The notes under the pieces: model-generated
What the model was told of the DNA's origin: nothing
Databases searched by the model: none
What the model saw: only the letters and a program-made list of their open reading frames with translations
Shown: in pieces, positions 1-14,749 of the stretch
Layout of the letters: every line of letters starts with the position of its first letter
Numbering within the stretch: position 1 is the stretch's first letter
Source of the DNA: Thalia democratica
Taxonomy: Eukaryota
Reading direction: 5' to 3'
Length of the DNA: 64,000 bases
NCBI GenBank assembly: GCA_965202585.1
Contig: OZ241830.1
Coordinates: 28,706,001-28,770,000, forward strand
Program-made: the position numbers and the translations under genes

Positions 1-1341
1 TTTAATATTATCCGATGCAGAATTTTACTTTTGTAGTGAAAAAATTAGTTTTATTAATTGAAGTACAATAATTTAAGTTTAAATCGAAATTAATTATTTA
101 TTTATAGTTTTTTCAATAACGAACTGAGTTGAGTGTAAATTTATGCATTTACAACTTATAAAAACTTATATACTTCTAAAGATATATCTGTTTTACTGAT
201 ATACAATCTTTAAAAAGTGTTTAATTTCATTTTAACTAATTTTTTATCTAAACACAAGTTTCTTAATATTTAAAAGTGTTGGGATTCAAATAAACTGCGT
301 TTTTCTAGTAATTTATAAATTCTTTATGGCGTTTTTAAATGATTTTGATGAAGCTCCTCAGTATTTTTTAATTATCTGATTAAGACTAGTTCGATTGTTC
401 AAATGATTGAATTAAACTACTTTTAACTCTTATCTATTTGGATAAACTGTACTTAATAAATTAGGATTTTTTCATTAAATCTAATTTGTTAAACTTAAAA
501 AAAACCTTTTTGGTGTTATTAATCATTTATAAAAAAAATATAAAGTGCTAAAATATTAATTCTTAGAGGATGTTGATAAACGAAGATTTTTATTAAGTTC
601 ATTTAGTTTATAAAGAATTCTAAAAAAATTAAAAATTAACTAAAAAAGAGGAAAAAAATTTGAAGTTAGAATAAGTTAAACTAAAATGATTGTTGTAAAA
701 TGTATTGTAATAAAAATTATAGAAACAATAACTTTTAACTAAGACAAAATAAAATATATTGTAACATTTGGTTATCTTCAAAAAAAAAAACAATTGAAAT
801 AAATAAAAAAAAAATAGGTTTTTAATAGTTGTTTTAAAAAAGATTGGGTTAGAGTGATAAGGTTGATATGATCGGGTAAAAAATGATTGGGTTAGATATA
901 ATTAGTTTAGAAGTTTACGGGTTTTAAAGTAATGGGGTTAGATATGATCGGGTTAGAAATGATAGTAAATTGTTTTTACAGGAGAGATGTGCAAATAATG
1001 AAGTTTGTTTTAATTTACTAATCAATATGATTTAATTTTTATTCTATTTTTACAAAAATTGTTTTTTCAAATATGAAGAGTTTTTTGTATATTTTTCTTT
1101 TAAGATTTTAAAGAATATGTACTGTCTTTGTTTTTTCCAGTTGTTTTGAGTTAAAATTTTTAGAATGATTTGTATCATATAAACTTATAAAACTATTATA
1201 TATTTATAAAATATATAAGTGTAATTTTCTGATAAACTTTTGTTTCCTGGTTGTGTTTAAGGTAGTAAAATGAATTTCATATATTTCTTCGCATAGTGAA
1301 AAGAAAAGTGTTTTCAATAAGATTGTTGATTTCGAAAAAGT

Positions 1342-1690
1342 GGTTACATGACAATACAAATTCGGACAATTTAAATTCCGACAACTAAAGTTCTTAAAAA
1401 AATTTCAAGAGACCATATTTCAAAAAGCTATATATTTTCGAAAAAAATAAATAGTAACTTTGAAGGTTTATTGAAAACAACTGGCTTTTTTTTTTGCAAA
1501 ATTTTTAATATATCTTAAGATATTTAAAAACTACTAAAATTTACTATATTTTTAAGCTTTATTTAGCTATACCTAAAAAAACTTTAAATTTTTCACTAAT
1601 AGAAAAAATGGCCTATACTTATTAACAATATCTACATAGAAGTATATTATTTAAAAAAAAGTATATCACTTTTATATTGATTTAATTTAT
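1342..1690 (+). mobile_element. Partial copy of the MULE-type MITE seen intact at 17945-18352 (second copy at ~9442-9790)
   Basis: Begins GGTTACATGACAATACAAATTCGGACAATT, the same terminus as 17945. The interior aligns by eye, but no right TIR is found. Confidence 0.7.
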
Positions 1691-2249
1691 TTTGAAAAGT
1701 TAAGTTTTGTTTTTAATATTAAAAAAAGTTATGATGGTTCAGGACAGTTAAAGGTCACTCAAGGCAGTTTTTTTAAGACTAAAACAAGGCAGCCTTTTGA
1801 GCTCGATGATATTTTTTGCTGTTTACTTAAGTTTGTTGCAAAAGAAAAATCTTTTTGAGTAAGTTTTTACCAGAAAGCTGTTGCAAGTTTTTAAGTATAA
1901 TTATATTTTTTATCCTTTCTTTACAAAAATAATGTTTGAAATGTAAAAAGTTTTTTGTATTTTTTTTTCAAAGATTGTCTTTTGTCTTAGTTGTTTTCAG
2001 TTGTTTTAATTAAAAATTTTTAGAGTGGTTTATTTCATGAAAACTTATAAAATATATCATATAATTATAAGATATATAAGTATAATTTTATGATAAATGT
2101 TTTTTTTTACAAGTAAAGTTAAGGTTGAAAAATTGATTTTGTATATTTCCTTAAATAATAAAGTTACAAGAAAAATTTTATGCATTTTATCTAAACAAAT
2201 ATAATTTTATGCGAACAGGTATAAATTGTACAAAGAAAAAATTGCTTGA

Positions 2250-2735
2250 GGTTACTAAGTTGCACGAGAAAAAATTTGCACGAGTGCAAAAAATTCCATA
2301 AGGGGATAAAATTGCATAAATAAAAAATTGCACGAAGACACTAATGTGCACAAGGGGACATAATGCATCAAGACTATTTGGCAACAAGGGACCATTTTGC
2401 ACGACTACATTTTTGTACAAAAAAAAAAGATAGAAAAAATTAAAGTAAGAAAAAAACTGAAAAAATAATTGATTAAAAAAAAGTCACTGACCGAAAATAA
2501 GGATAAGGGGTAACAGTGATAGAAAAAAAATATTAAGTAAGAAATTTTATTATATAAAACTAAAACTAAAAAAAATAATAATTAAAAATAAAAAAGTTAT
2601 CGACCGAGAGTAATGGTTAAGAGTAAAATTCAGTGTAAAAACAAAACTAATATGAAAATGAATGAAAAATTACACATGCAAAATTATCTTCGTGCAAAAC
2701 TGTCTGCTCGTACAAAAGTGAGACTTCGTTTTCCA
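2250..2735. mobile_element. Degenerate copy of the TTGCACGA-subrepeat foldback family (second copy at ~10360-10845)
   Basis: AAATTGCACGA-type subrepeats at 2250-2420, an A-rich spacer, then inverted TCGTGCAAA subrepeats at 2675-2735. Confidence 0.65.
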
Positions 2736-3384
2736 TGTAAAACTTATTTTTAAATATATATGTTATGCTTTGAAAGTTAAAAAGAAACAATTTAAAATAT
2801 TTTTCAAAGTATTTCAACGTTATTATTTATTTATAATTTCAAAAGGTGTTTTTTTTTAATTTTTAAAATAGAACATGTTACAAGTTAGTTTTAGCTAAAA
2901 AATTTTTTGGTTCTCTTTTGCATTGAAAAATTATATGCAACAAAGCGAGAAGAAATATTTTTCATATTATTTTGAATACATTAAAATAATGGTACATCTA
3001 AAACAAAAATAGATTTGATGAAAATGTAAAGATTCAAAAAGTTTTAAATTTAAGAATTTTGTTTAATTTGTTCAACTATATTACTGTTTATCTCTTTTGT
3101 TTTTTATTAAAATCCTACTTGTGTTTTATCTGATAAAAGCAAAAACTTTTTACAAATAAGTTCTGAGCTGCGGAACTTTTTTTTCATTAAAAACTTAAAA
3201 CCGATCAATACTATTTTTAGAATTAAATTGTGATTTTCTTATTTTTCTTTTGAATGAAAGGTTTTATGGGTTTACAAAATTGGCAACACATAAAAAAATC
3301 TTAGTAGGCCAAAAGCAACAGAAATCATTTTTCATTAATATTCATTAACAACATTCAATTTAATTTTGAAGTTTTAATATAACC

Positions 3385-3771
3385 AAGGGATGCCAAAAAA
3401 CTAAAAAATCAGGAGTTTTATAACTTAAGCTGAAAAACCAGAAAAAACCTGGAATTTGAGAAACTAAAAGCGAAACTTGAAAAACCTGGAATTTTGAACA
3501 ACTTTTACATGTTATGTAGAAAGGTTTTAATTTGATACAAAAAGTCTACCATATAGGTAACAAGTTTTCGTCATCATCAATTTTTATTTAGTTAAAGTGG
3601 CCCTTGAAATAGGTTTACAGTATCTTTTCAATGTATTTATACTATTTATCACAGTTTTTCACCTTAAACTTAACTTTAAACTGAAATGGGCCTATAGATA
3701 TGTACTTTTAAAAATCTTGAGGAATCTTTAAAAACCTTGAGAAAATTTTCCTAAAATATTTTGAAATCCTG
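3385..3771. mobile_element. CAGGG-TIR MITE, diverged copy (duplicate at 11492-11877)
   Basis: Ends are AAGGGATGCCA...GAAATCCTG with flanks ATAACC/ACAACC (5/6 match). Internal AAAAACCTGGAA repeats and body are shared with 19140-19490. Confidence 0.7.
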
Positions 3772-3911
3772 ACAACCGCATACTTTAATTTAAACTACCT
3801 CTAATAAAATATTATTACTAAATTGTTTAAATTGCCCTGTTCCCGGTCGGCTGCAGTTGTAAGTTGTAATATTATGCAAACTTATGCAAATTAAACTAAT
3901 TGATTTTACAA

Positions 3912-6900
3912 ACTAACAGAAAGACCACGTGACGACACCGCGAATAACTGATGCGATAAGTGACCAAAACTAAAACCTAAACTTTGTCAGATATAACTGA
4001 GGGTTTAAAAAAAATTTTTAAGTTTTAACTGTAGGTTTTTATTGAGCGTTTTGCAACGACTCTTCAAAATTAAATATTTTGGTGTATCAAATTAATGAAA
4101 ATACTGGTAGACTGATAGATTTTTTTCTAGAAATCAGTTTTGTAATGCAGAGCTTGAGTGTATTTTAATACCGACACCATTAAATCGAATATGTACTTTT
4201 TTCTATTCTGCAACGAGATATTAAAAACTATCATATAATTTAATACCTGTTTGTTTTCAAATCAATTACTTACTAAGCAATATTAAAAAGTATTTTACCA
4301 AATTGCATTAAAAAGATATTTGTTAACAGATTAAATTTTTATACTTAGCTTTTAAAAACTCAACTTTTATAGTACTTTATTGAGGTCTAATTAGTTCTTG
4401 TATTGCAAGACTTTATTTATAACTTTTAGCGTAGTAATTTTTAAAAGAAACTATTTATAAATCAAGCTGAATGCTATTTAACGGTTTATTTAATGATGGT
4501 ACATACAGTTACAAATGATTTTATAAATATATGCAAATTTTTCTATTTTATCTATACTTTAACTATAAAAATTATTAAAGCTTTCTTTTCTTAAAGTTAG
4601 GTTTTTTTTCTAATATAACAATTATGATTTCAATAAAAAATTTCAAACTAGTGTTTTTTTTTTAACTTGACAATGTCAGTCTACAGCTACATCTAACAAA
4701 AAGACTTAGCAACAACACTGAAAGTAATTTATGCAGTAAGTATCTAAAACCTCAACTTTGTTAGATATTATTTAAGGGTTTTATAAAATTTCTTGAAAGT
4801 TTAAACTGTAAGTTTTATTCAGTGTTTGCAACTGCTCATCAAAATTAGATATTTTTGTGTATAAAATAAATGAGAGTTAATGTAAGCTGATAGGTTTTTT
4901 GTATGAATCAGTTTTATACTGCTGAGCTTGTGTGCATTTCAGTGCCGTCACTAATAAATAGAAATTGTACTTCTATTGAATCCTGCAAAGAGATTTTTGA
5001 AAACTGTTAACTTCTTAAACTCTTGTTTTTTTTTCATCAATTACTTATTAAGCAATCATAATAGTTATTTTACCAAATTGCATAGAAAAGATAATTGTTA
5101 TCAGATTAAATTTTTATATTGCGCTATAAAAAACTCAAAACTTTTAGTACTTTATTTACGTCTAAATAGTTCTTCTATTACAAAACTTTAAGCGTATTAA
5201 TTCATAAAAAGTACTACCTATAAATCAAGCAGAATGCTATTTAACGGCTTATTTAATAATTAAGTATTAAGATACAAGAAAATGCATTCATATATATGTA
5301 TATTTTTCAATTTATCTATATTTTAATTATAAAAATTATTGGAGCTTTCTTATTTCAAAAATGAGTCTTTTTCGTAATAATACCATTATTTTAAGCTAGT
5401 GGTTTTTTCAACTTGACAATGTCAATCTGCACAACCTACTAACAGAAAGACCACGTGACAACACCTCGAATAACTAATGCAATAAGTGAATAAAACTAAA
5501 ACCTAAACTTTGTTAGATATAACTTAAGGGTCTCGTATTGCAAAACTTTAAGCGTAATAATTTATAAATAGTACTAATTATAAATTAAGCTGAATGCTAT
5601 ATAACGGTTTATCTAATGATGATGTATACAGGTAAAAAATATTTTATACACATATACCTAATTTTTTAATTAATCTATATTTTAGTTTATAAAAATAATT
5701 ACAGCTTTCTTTTCTCAATAGTAACCTTTTCCTAATACAACTATTATGATGATATTTAAAAATTTTAAACTAGTTGTTTATTTAATTTGACAACGTCAAT
5801 CTGCACCAACCTCTAGCAAAAAGACAACTTGACAACACTGCTAATAACTAATGCAATAAGTGACTAAAACTAATACTTCAACTTTACTAGATATAACTTA
5901 AGGGTTTTATTCAGTTTCTTGAACGTTTTAACTGTAAGTTTTTATTGAGCGTTTTGCAACGACTCTTTAAAATTAGATATTCTGGTGTATCAAATTAATA
6001 AGAATTAATGTACGCGAATGGCATTTAATTCTAAATCAGTTTTGTAATGTAGAGCTTGTGTGCTTCTAATGACGTCACTAAAAAATAGAATATGTTTATT
6101 TTTTTAATCCTGCAACGAGATTTTTGAAATGTGTAATCTCCTTTAAGACTTGTTTTTCAATCGTTTACTTACTAAGTAATCATAACAATTATCATACCAA
6201 GTTATAAAATAATTAATTGTCAATAGATAGAATTTTTAAACTGAGCTATCAAAAAAACAATACTTCTAGTAATTTATTGAAATCTAATTAGTTCTTCTAT
6301 TACAAAGCGTTAAGCGTAAGATTTATAAAAAATACTACCTAATAATCAAGCCGAATGCTAATTAACGGTTCATTTAATGATGATGTATCAAAGTAAAAGA
6401 TATTATATAATATATAAATATTTTTTTTTAGTTTTATATATAAAAATAATCAAAGCTTTCCTTTTCGAAAAATGAGTTTTTTCGTTAGAATAACACTATT
6501 GTTTTAATTAAAAATTTTAAACTAGTGTTTTTTTTAACTTGACAATGTCAATTTCTACCACCTACTAACATAAAACCACGTGACAACACCGCGAATAATT
6601 AATGCAATAAGTGAATAAAACTAAAACCTAAACTTAATTAGATATAACTAAGGGTTTTTTTAAATTTATTTAAAGTTTTCATTGTAAGTTTTTATTGAGC
6701 GTTTTGTAAGACTCTTATAAATTATATTTTTTGGTGTATCAAATTAATGAGAATAAATGTAAGCTGATAGGTTTTTTTTGTGAATCAGTTTTATAATGCA
6801 GAGCTTTTGTGCATTTTACTGCCGTAACCAATAAATAGAAAAAGTACTTTTTTACTATCCTGCAACGAAATTTTTAAAAACTAGTATATAGTTTAATACT

Positions 6901-8096
6901 TGATTGTTTTTAAATCATCTACTTACTAAGCAATCCTAAAAAGGATTTTACCAAGTTGCATAAAAAAATATTTGTTAACAGATTAAATTTTTAAACTGAG
7001 CTATCAAAAACTCAAGTGTTTTAGTACTTTACTATGGTCTAACTAGTTCTTGTATTGCAAAACTTAAATAAATTTTTGGTAAAAAATAGACCCTTGTCGA
7101 ATAATTCGACAAGGGTCAAAAAAAATAATGAAAAAAAAAAAAAATTGGAAAAAAAAAGGGACGAAGAAAGGACGAAAAATTGCGCCAAGTGTAATAATTT
7201 ATAAATAGAACTAATTATAAATCAAGCTGAATGCTATTTAACAGTTTATTTAGTGATGATGTATACAGGTACAAAATTATTTATACACATATACATATTT
7301 TTTAATTAATCTCTATTTTAATTTATAAAAATAATTACAGCTTTCTTTTCCCAATAATTACATTTTTTCCTAATACAACTATTATGATGATATTTAAAAA
7401 TTTTAAACTAGTGGTTTATTTAACTTGACAATGTCAATCTTCACCATCCTCTAACAAAAAGACCACGTGACAACACTGCTAATAACTAATGCAATAAGTG
7501 ACTAAAACTAAAACCTCAACTTTACTAGATATAACTTAGGGTTTTATTCAGTTTCTTGAAAGTTTAAACTTTAAGTTTTTATTGAGCGTTTTGCAACGAC
7601 TCTTCAAAATTAGATATTCTGGTGTATCAAATTAATGAGAATTAATGTACGCTGATAGCATTTAACTGTAAATCAGTTTTGTAATGTAGAGCTTGTGTGC
7701 TTCTAATGACGTCACTAAAAAATAGAAATTGTCTATTTTATTAATCCTGCAAAGAGATTTTTGAAAACTGTTAACTTTTTTAAGACTTGTTTTGAAATCA
7801 ATTATTTACTAGGCAATCAGAAAAATTACTTACCAATTTGCACAAAAATATATTTGTGCAAATATACTGTTCAAAATAAGCTATCAAAAACTCAAAACTT
7901 TTAGTACTTTGTAGAGATCTAATTAGTTCTAGTATTACAAAACTTTAAGCTTAGATTTTCATAAAAAGTTATAAATCAAGCTGGATGCTATTTTATGATG
8001 TATTTAATGATGATGTATACAGGTACAAGATATTTTTTTCATATATTTATTTATTTAGTTCGATCTATATTTTGTAACAAAAAATAATAAAAGCAC
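3912..8096. repeat. Tandem array of ~750-bp units (about 5.5-6 diverged copies)
   Basis: The anchor CTAACA(G/A)AAAGACCACGTGACAACAC, or a variant, occurs at 3913, 4693, 5439, 5813, 6565 and 7451 (spacings 780, 746, 374, 752, 886). One unit is half-deleted and one carries a ~120-bp insertion. Confidence 0.9.
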
Positions 8097-11000
8097 TTTA
8101 ATATTATCCGATGCAGAATTTTACTTTTGTATTGAAAAAATTAGTTTTATTAATTGAAGTACAATAATTTAAGTTTAAATCGATATTAATTATTTATTTA
8201 TAGTTTTTTCAATAACGAACTGAGTTTAGTGTAAATTTATGCATTTACAACTTATAAAAACTTATATACTTCTAAAGATATATCTGTTTTACTGATATAC
8301 AGTTTTTAAAAAGTGTTTAATTGCATTCTAACTAATTTTTTATTTAAACACAAGTTTCTTAATATTTAAAAGTGTTGGGATTCAAATAAACTGCGTTTTT
8401 CTAGTAATTTATAAATTCTTTATGGCGTTTATTAATGATTTTGATGAAGTTCCTCAGTATTTCTTAATTATTCTGATTAAGACTAGTTCGATTGTTCAAA
8501 TGATTGAATTAAACTACTTTTAACTCTTATCTATTTGGATAAACTGTACTTAATAAATTAGGATTTTTTCATTAAATCTAATTCTTTAAACTTAAAAAAA
8601 AACCTTCTTGGTGTTATTAATCATTTATAAAAAAATTATAAAGTGCTAAAATATTAATTCTTAGATGATGTTGATAAACGAAGATTTTTATTAAGTTCAT
8701 TTAATTTATAAAGAATTCTAAAAAAATTAAAAATTAACTAAAAAAGAGGAAAAGAATTTGAAGTTTGAATAAGTTAAACGAAAATGATTGTTGTTAAATG
8801 TATTGTAATAAAAAATTATAGAAACAATAACTTTTAACTAAGACAAAATAAATTATATTGTAACATTTGGTTAGCTTCAAAAAAAAAAACAATTGAAATA
8901 AAAAAAAAAAAAAACGGATTTTTAATTGTTGTTTTAAAAAAGATTGGGTTAGAGTGATAAGGTTGATATGATCGGGTAAAAAATGATTGGGTTAGATATA
9001 ATTAGTTTAGAAGTTTACGGGTTTTAAAGTAATGGGGTTAGATATGATCGGGTTAGAAATGATAGTAAATTGTTTTTACAGGAGAGATGTGCAAATAATG
9101 AAGTTTGTTTTAATTTACTAATCAATATGATTTAATTTTTATTCTATTTTTACAAAAATTGTTTTTTCAAATATGAAGAGTTTTTTGTAGTTTTTTCTTT
9201 TAAGACTTCAAAGAATATGTATTGTTTTTGTTTTTTCCAGTTGTTTTAAGTTAAAATTTTTAGAATGATTTGTATCATATAAACTTATAAAACTATTATA
9301 TATTTATAAGATATATAAGTGTAATTTTCTGATAAACTTTTGTTTCCTGGTTGTGTTTAAGGTAGTAAAATGTATTTCATATATTTCTTCGCATAGTGAA
9401 AAGAAAAGTGTTTTCAATAAGATTGTTGATTTCGAAAAAGTGGTTACATGACAGTACAAATTCGGACAATTTAAATTCCGACAACTAAAGTTCTTAAAAA
9501 AAAATTCAAGAGACCATATTTCAAAAAGCTATATTTTTTCGAAAAAAAATAAAAAGTAACTTTGAAGGTCTTATTAAAAACAACTGGCTGTTTTTTTTTT
9601 TGCAAAATTTTTAATATTTCTTAAGATATTTAAAAACTACTAAAATTTACTACATTTTTAAGCTTGATTTAGCTATACCTAAAATAAATTTAAATGTTTC
9701 ACTAATAGAAAAAATTGCCTATACTTATTAACAATATCTACATACAAGTATTTTATTTAAAAAAAAGTATATTACTTTTATATTGATTTAATTTATTTTG
9801 AAAAGTTAAGTTTTGTTTTTAATATTAAAAAAAAAATTATGATGGTTCAGAACAGTTAAAGGTCACTCAAGGTAATTTTTTTAAGACTAAAACAAGGCAG
9901 CCCTTTGAGCTCGATGATATTTTTTGCTGTTTACTTAAGTTTGTTGCAAAAGAAAAATCTTTTTGAGTAAGTTTTTACCAGAAAGCTGTTGCAAGTTTTC
10001 AAGTATAATTATATTTTTTATCCTTTCTTTACTAACATAATGTTTCAAATGTAAGAAGTTTTTTGTATTTTTTTTCAAAGATTGTCTTTTGTCTTAATTG
10101 TTTTCAGTTGTTTTAATTAAAAATTTTTAGAGTGGTTTATTTCATAAAAACTTATAAAATATATCATATAATTATAAGATATATAAGTATAATTTTATGA
10201 TAAATGTTTTTTTTTACAGGTAAAGTTAAGGTTGAAAAATTGATTTTGTATATTTCCTTAAATAATAAAGTTACAAGAAAAATTTTATGCATTTTATCTA
10301 AACAAATATAATTTTATGCGAACAGGTATAAATTGTACAAAGAAAAAATTGCTTGAGGTTACTAAGTTGCACGAGAAAAAATTTGCACGAGTGCAAAAAA
10401 TTGCACAAGGGGATAAAATTGCATAAATAAAAAATTGCACCAAGACACTAAATTGCACAAGGGGACATAATGCATCAAGACTATTTCGCCACAAGGGACC
10501 ATTTTGCACGACTACATTTTTGTACGAGAAAAAAACATAGAAAAAACTAAAATAAGAAAAAAACTTAAAAAATAATTGATTAAAAAAAAGTCACTGACCG
10601 AAAGTAAGGATAAGGGGTAACAGTAATAGAAAAAAAAATTAAGTAAGAAATGTTATTATATAAAACTAAAACTAAAAAAAATAATAATTAAAAATAAAAG
10701 AGTTATCGACCGAGAGTAATGGTTAAGGGTAAAATTAGGTGTAAAAAAAAAACTAATATGAAAATGAATGAAAAAACTACACATGCAAAATTATCTCCGT
10801 GCAAAATTGTCTGCTCGTACAAAAGTGAGACTTCGTTTTACATGTAAAACTTATTTTTAAATATATATGTTATGCTTTGAAAGTTAAAAAGAAATAATTT
10901 AAAAATATTTTCAAAATATTTCAACCTTATTTTTTATTTATAATTCCAAAAGGTGTTTTTTTTTATTTTTAACATAGAACATGTTACAAGTTAGTTTTAG

Positions 11001-12016
11001 CTAAAAAAATGTTTGGTTCTCTTTTGCATTGAAAAATTATATGCAACAAAGCGAGAAAAAATACTTTTCATATTATTTTGAATACATGAAAATAATGGTA
11101 CATCTAAAACAAAAATAGATTTAATGAAAATGTAAAGATTCAAAACGTTTTAATTTAAAGAAATTTGTTTAATTTGTTCAACTATATTACTGTTTATCTC
11201 TTTTGTTTTTTATTAAAATCCTACTTGTGTTTTATCTGATAAAAGCAAAAACTTTTTACAAATAAATTCTGAGTTGTGGAACTTTTCTTTTCATTAAAAA
11301 CTTAAAACCGATCAATACTATTTTTAGAATTAAATTGTGATTTTCTTATTTTTCTTTTGAATGAAAGTTTTTATTGGTTTACAAAATTGGCAACACATAG
11401 AAAAACCTTAGTAGGCCAAGAGCAACAGAAATTACTTTTAATTATTACTCATTAACAACATTCAAATTAATTTTAAAGTTTTAATATAACCAAGGGATGC
11501 CAAAAAACTAAAAAAATCAGGAGTTTTATAACTTGAGCTGAAAAACCAGAAAAAACCTTTATTTGAGAAACTAAAAGCAAAACTTGAAAAATCTGGAATT
11601 TTCAACAACTTTTACATGTTATGTAGAAAGGTTTTAATTTGATACAAAAAGACTATCATATAGGTAACAAGTTTTCGTCATCATCAATTTTTTATTATTA
11701 AAAGTAGCCCAGAAATAGCTTTACAGTATCTTTTCAATGTATTTATACTATTTATCACAGTTTTTCACCTTAAACTTAACTTTAAACTGAAATGGGTTTA
11801 TAGATATGTACTTTTAAAAATCTTGAGGAATCTTTAAAAACCTTGAGAAAATTTTCCTAAAATATTTTGAAATCCTGACAACCGCATACTTTAATTTAAA
11901 CTACCTCTAATAAAATATTATTACTAAATTGTTTAAATTGCCTTGTTCCCGGTCGGCTGCAGTTGTAAGTTGTAATATTATGCAAACTTATGCAAATAAA
12001 ACTAATTGATTTTACA
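8097..12016. repeat. Copy 2 of the ~3.9-kb direct duplication
   Basis: Matches 1-3911 with scattered substitutions and indels. The offset is ~8.1 kb, and both copies carry the same embedded MITEs. Confidence 0.95.
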
Positions 12017-14749
12017 CCATAATGGTAAAAACACACAAACCCTTATCCCTAACCAACCTTACCCAAATGTTTTATCTACACCTTTATCCTTAACCACTTT
12101 AGTAGAAATTTAAAAGATAAACCAAAAAAATGTTTAGTTTTTAAAACTAAAATTAAAAATAAATATTACCCAATTAGAATTGACCTTAGAACTGCTGCCG
12201 ATGCGTTTGTTTCCAATATGACGTCATTCTTGATGTTTTTTTCTTGCATATTTGTAAATATTTTGAGCTAGCTACGTCCCTGAAATACACTTAAACTTTT
12301 ATAAAATATTTTACTACATATTTAGGAAAATTAATTAATTGGTTAGTACAAGCATTATAAAAACAATGTATATCCAACATTAAATATTCCTAATAATATC
12401 AAATATAAAAAAAAAATTCATAAAACATCAATATAGTTTAACCTGCATAAAATATTAAACATCAGTGTCCAGCGGAAATAGTCATTTAAGTGAAGACTAT
12501 GTATCTACTAGTATATAAATTTTTTCAAGCTTAACCGACCTGAAAATACAAAGTCGAGTTTTCATGGCTACCAATGCTCACATAACTTCATTTTCTGCTG
12601 CAATAAATTATAATCGTAATTTAGCCTGAAATTCAAACTTATGTATTACAAAGTGTCACGAAACAGGCTGGTGTTTAAAATTAGTACTGTCAGTTTTTAG
12701 AATTTTTATTGTTATCATATGGTCAGTTCAGAGAATATTTTTAAACTATACAAGAGATAAATTGTTTTAACATATTAGAAAAACTTTATGTAATTTAATT
12801 TAACTATGCTTTGTTATTAATTTCACAATTGGTATTAAAAAAGAACTATAATTCTACTAAAAAAATAAAAAATGTGTGTTAATGAAGTGTTACTACTATA
12901 ATGTTGCACATAATGTTGTACATTTAAATTTTAAATATAAGTTAGTCAACATTTTTATAAAACTATTTTCTACTAGCGATATACATGCATTTCTTTATAT
13001 TAAAATTTTACATAAACTTGTTTTTAGGTAAACATAACTATTACAACTTAAGAATACTTTGAACATTGTTTTCGTCTGCAATACAAAATGTCAATTAATA
13101 CAAATTTTTAGCGTTACGTTTTGCATTAAAAATTTGAGTAATAATATGTTAAAATAAATGGTTTATACTATTTTTAGCTTTTTTATTATTTTTAACTCTA
13201 CAATGTGCACAATTTGCAACCGCATAATATTACCAGTCCGAATAAAACAACTAAAGCGAAATATTGTTTATTTTATTTAAAAATTAAACCTTATTAATAG
13301 TATTTTATTCTTTATATATAAATCTCTTGATATGTTGAAGTTTTGGCATTCAAATAATTTGCGTTATTTGATTTATAAATTCTACATGGCGTTTTTAAAT
13401 TATTCTGATAAAGGCTAGTTCGTTTATTAAAACTACTTAAATTAAAGTATGAAAAACTTGAAATTATTAAGATAAACTCTATTTAATAAATTGAAATATT
13501 TTTATGAAATGTGGCTGGTAAAATTTGAACACTTGAACTTCTTGGTAATCAACTATATACTAATAATATAATAATTTTAATCGTTTATATAGATTGTAAC
13601 TTTCGTATTAAACAGGACCAAAATCTTTAATAAAAAATAAATGCTCTGGGCGTGTTCTTAAACGAAGTTTTTTATTTAACTCATTCTGGTTAAACATAAT
13701 TAGTTGTTTATCTTATAAACTTGGTTAAAATAGTTTTAAAATGTGTGTTTTAACATTCAGTACTGCATAAACTTTTGTTTTAGTTAATTTTTAATCTGCT
13801 AAAAATTTTATACAAAACTAGGAAAATAGCTTAGTAGTAAAAATACATCTGTCTCAAACTTGTCTTTTTGAAACAATAAACATTTTTAAGACTAAGTAAG
13901 TGCGTTTCATTATGTGTTAATTTACCTTCCCAATTAACATTTAACTCCTTAAACTAAGAAGCTTTTGATGAAACGTTGTTTAGCGAAGAGCCAAGAAATT
14001 AACATAAAAAGATCATGGATAATTACTAAGTATGTGCGGCATTATTAAACTGTTTAAAACTGAAAAAAAAAGTTTCACAAAACTAGATGTCTGTTAATTT
14101 AATGTAGGTAAAAAGAGTAGCATTGTGAAAATTTGTTCAAAAATATAGTTCAAAACATGCTTAAAATATATTTATCCAAAAAAATCGTTATTAAATCGTT
14201 ACTTCCAAACACTTTATATGATTCCTAAAACAGGTAATATTTTTTTGCACATTAAATAAGTAAAAAAGGATTTTCTTAGAAAAAGTTGGCTTAACAATCA
14301 GTAAATACAAAATATTATTGAAACTTAAACTAAGCTGTGATACAAACAATTACTGTAATTAACAATTTACATATTGATAAAAAACTTTTTTTTTGTTTTA
14401 TTACCATCTATTTTTATTATCTTTATAAATTGTTATACTATATCATTATAATTTTATTAGTTATTTATAAAATAAAAATGTTATGAAATCGTTTATTATA
14501 AACATTATAGCAATCTGATTTTACTCAAAAGTTTTATAGTTAAAAATAACTTATAATGATAAAAATCAACTAAACACAATGAAACTTTCAGAGGTAACGA
14601 ATTTTTTATCACTACACGTACAAAATGTTTACAAAGGTAAAAACTTTAAAAAACTATATGCCTAAATATTTTGTTAGGAAGTTCTTGTTGATTTAGAGAC
14701 ATTTTCAAACAACTGGAAATATGTACTCGTGGCAAGCAGTGCTAAGTTG

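Larger units (their letters stand above)
1..3911. repeat. Copy 1 of a ~3.9-kb direct segmental duplication (runs off the window start)
   Basis: Position 1 TTTAATATTATCCGATGCAG recurs at 8097. The copies stay collinear and near-identical to ...AATTGATTTTACA (3911 vs ~12016). Confidence 0.95.

Noticed and set aside
843-965. GGGTTAG-containing degenerate ~15-bp repeats (also ~8943-9065, inverted at ~12040-12100)
   Set aside because: Not tandem TTAGGG, so not telomeric. Treated as a simple degenerate minisatellite.
5600-5640. ATGATGA box-C-like motif in the satellite units (snoRNA cluster idea)
   Set aside because: No conserved downstream CTGA box D or terminal stem.
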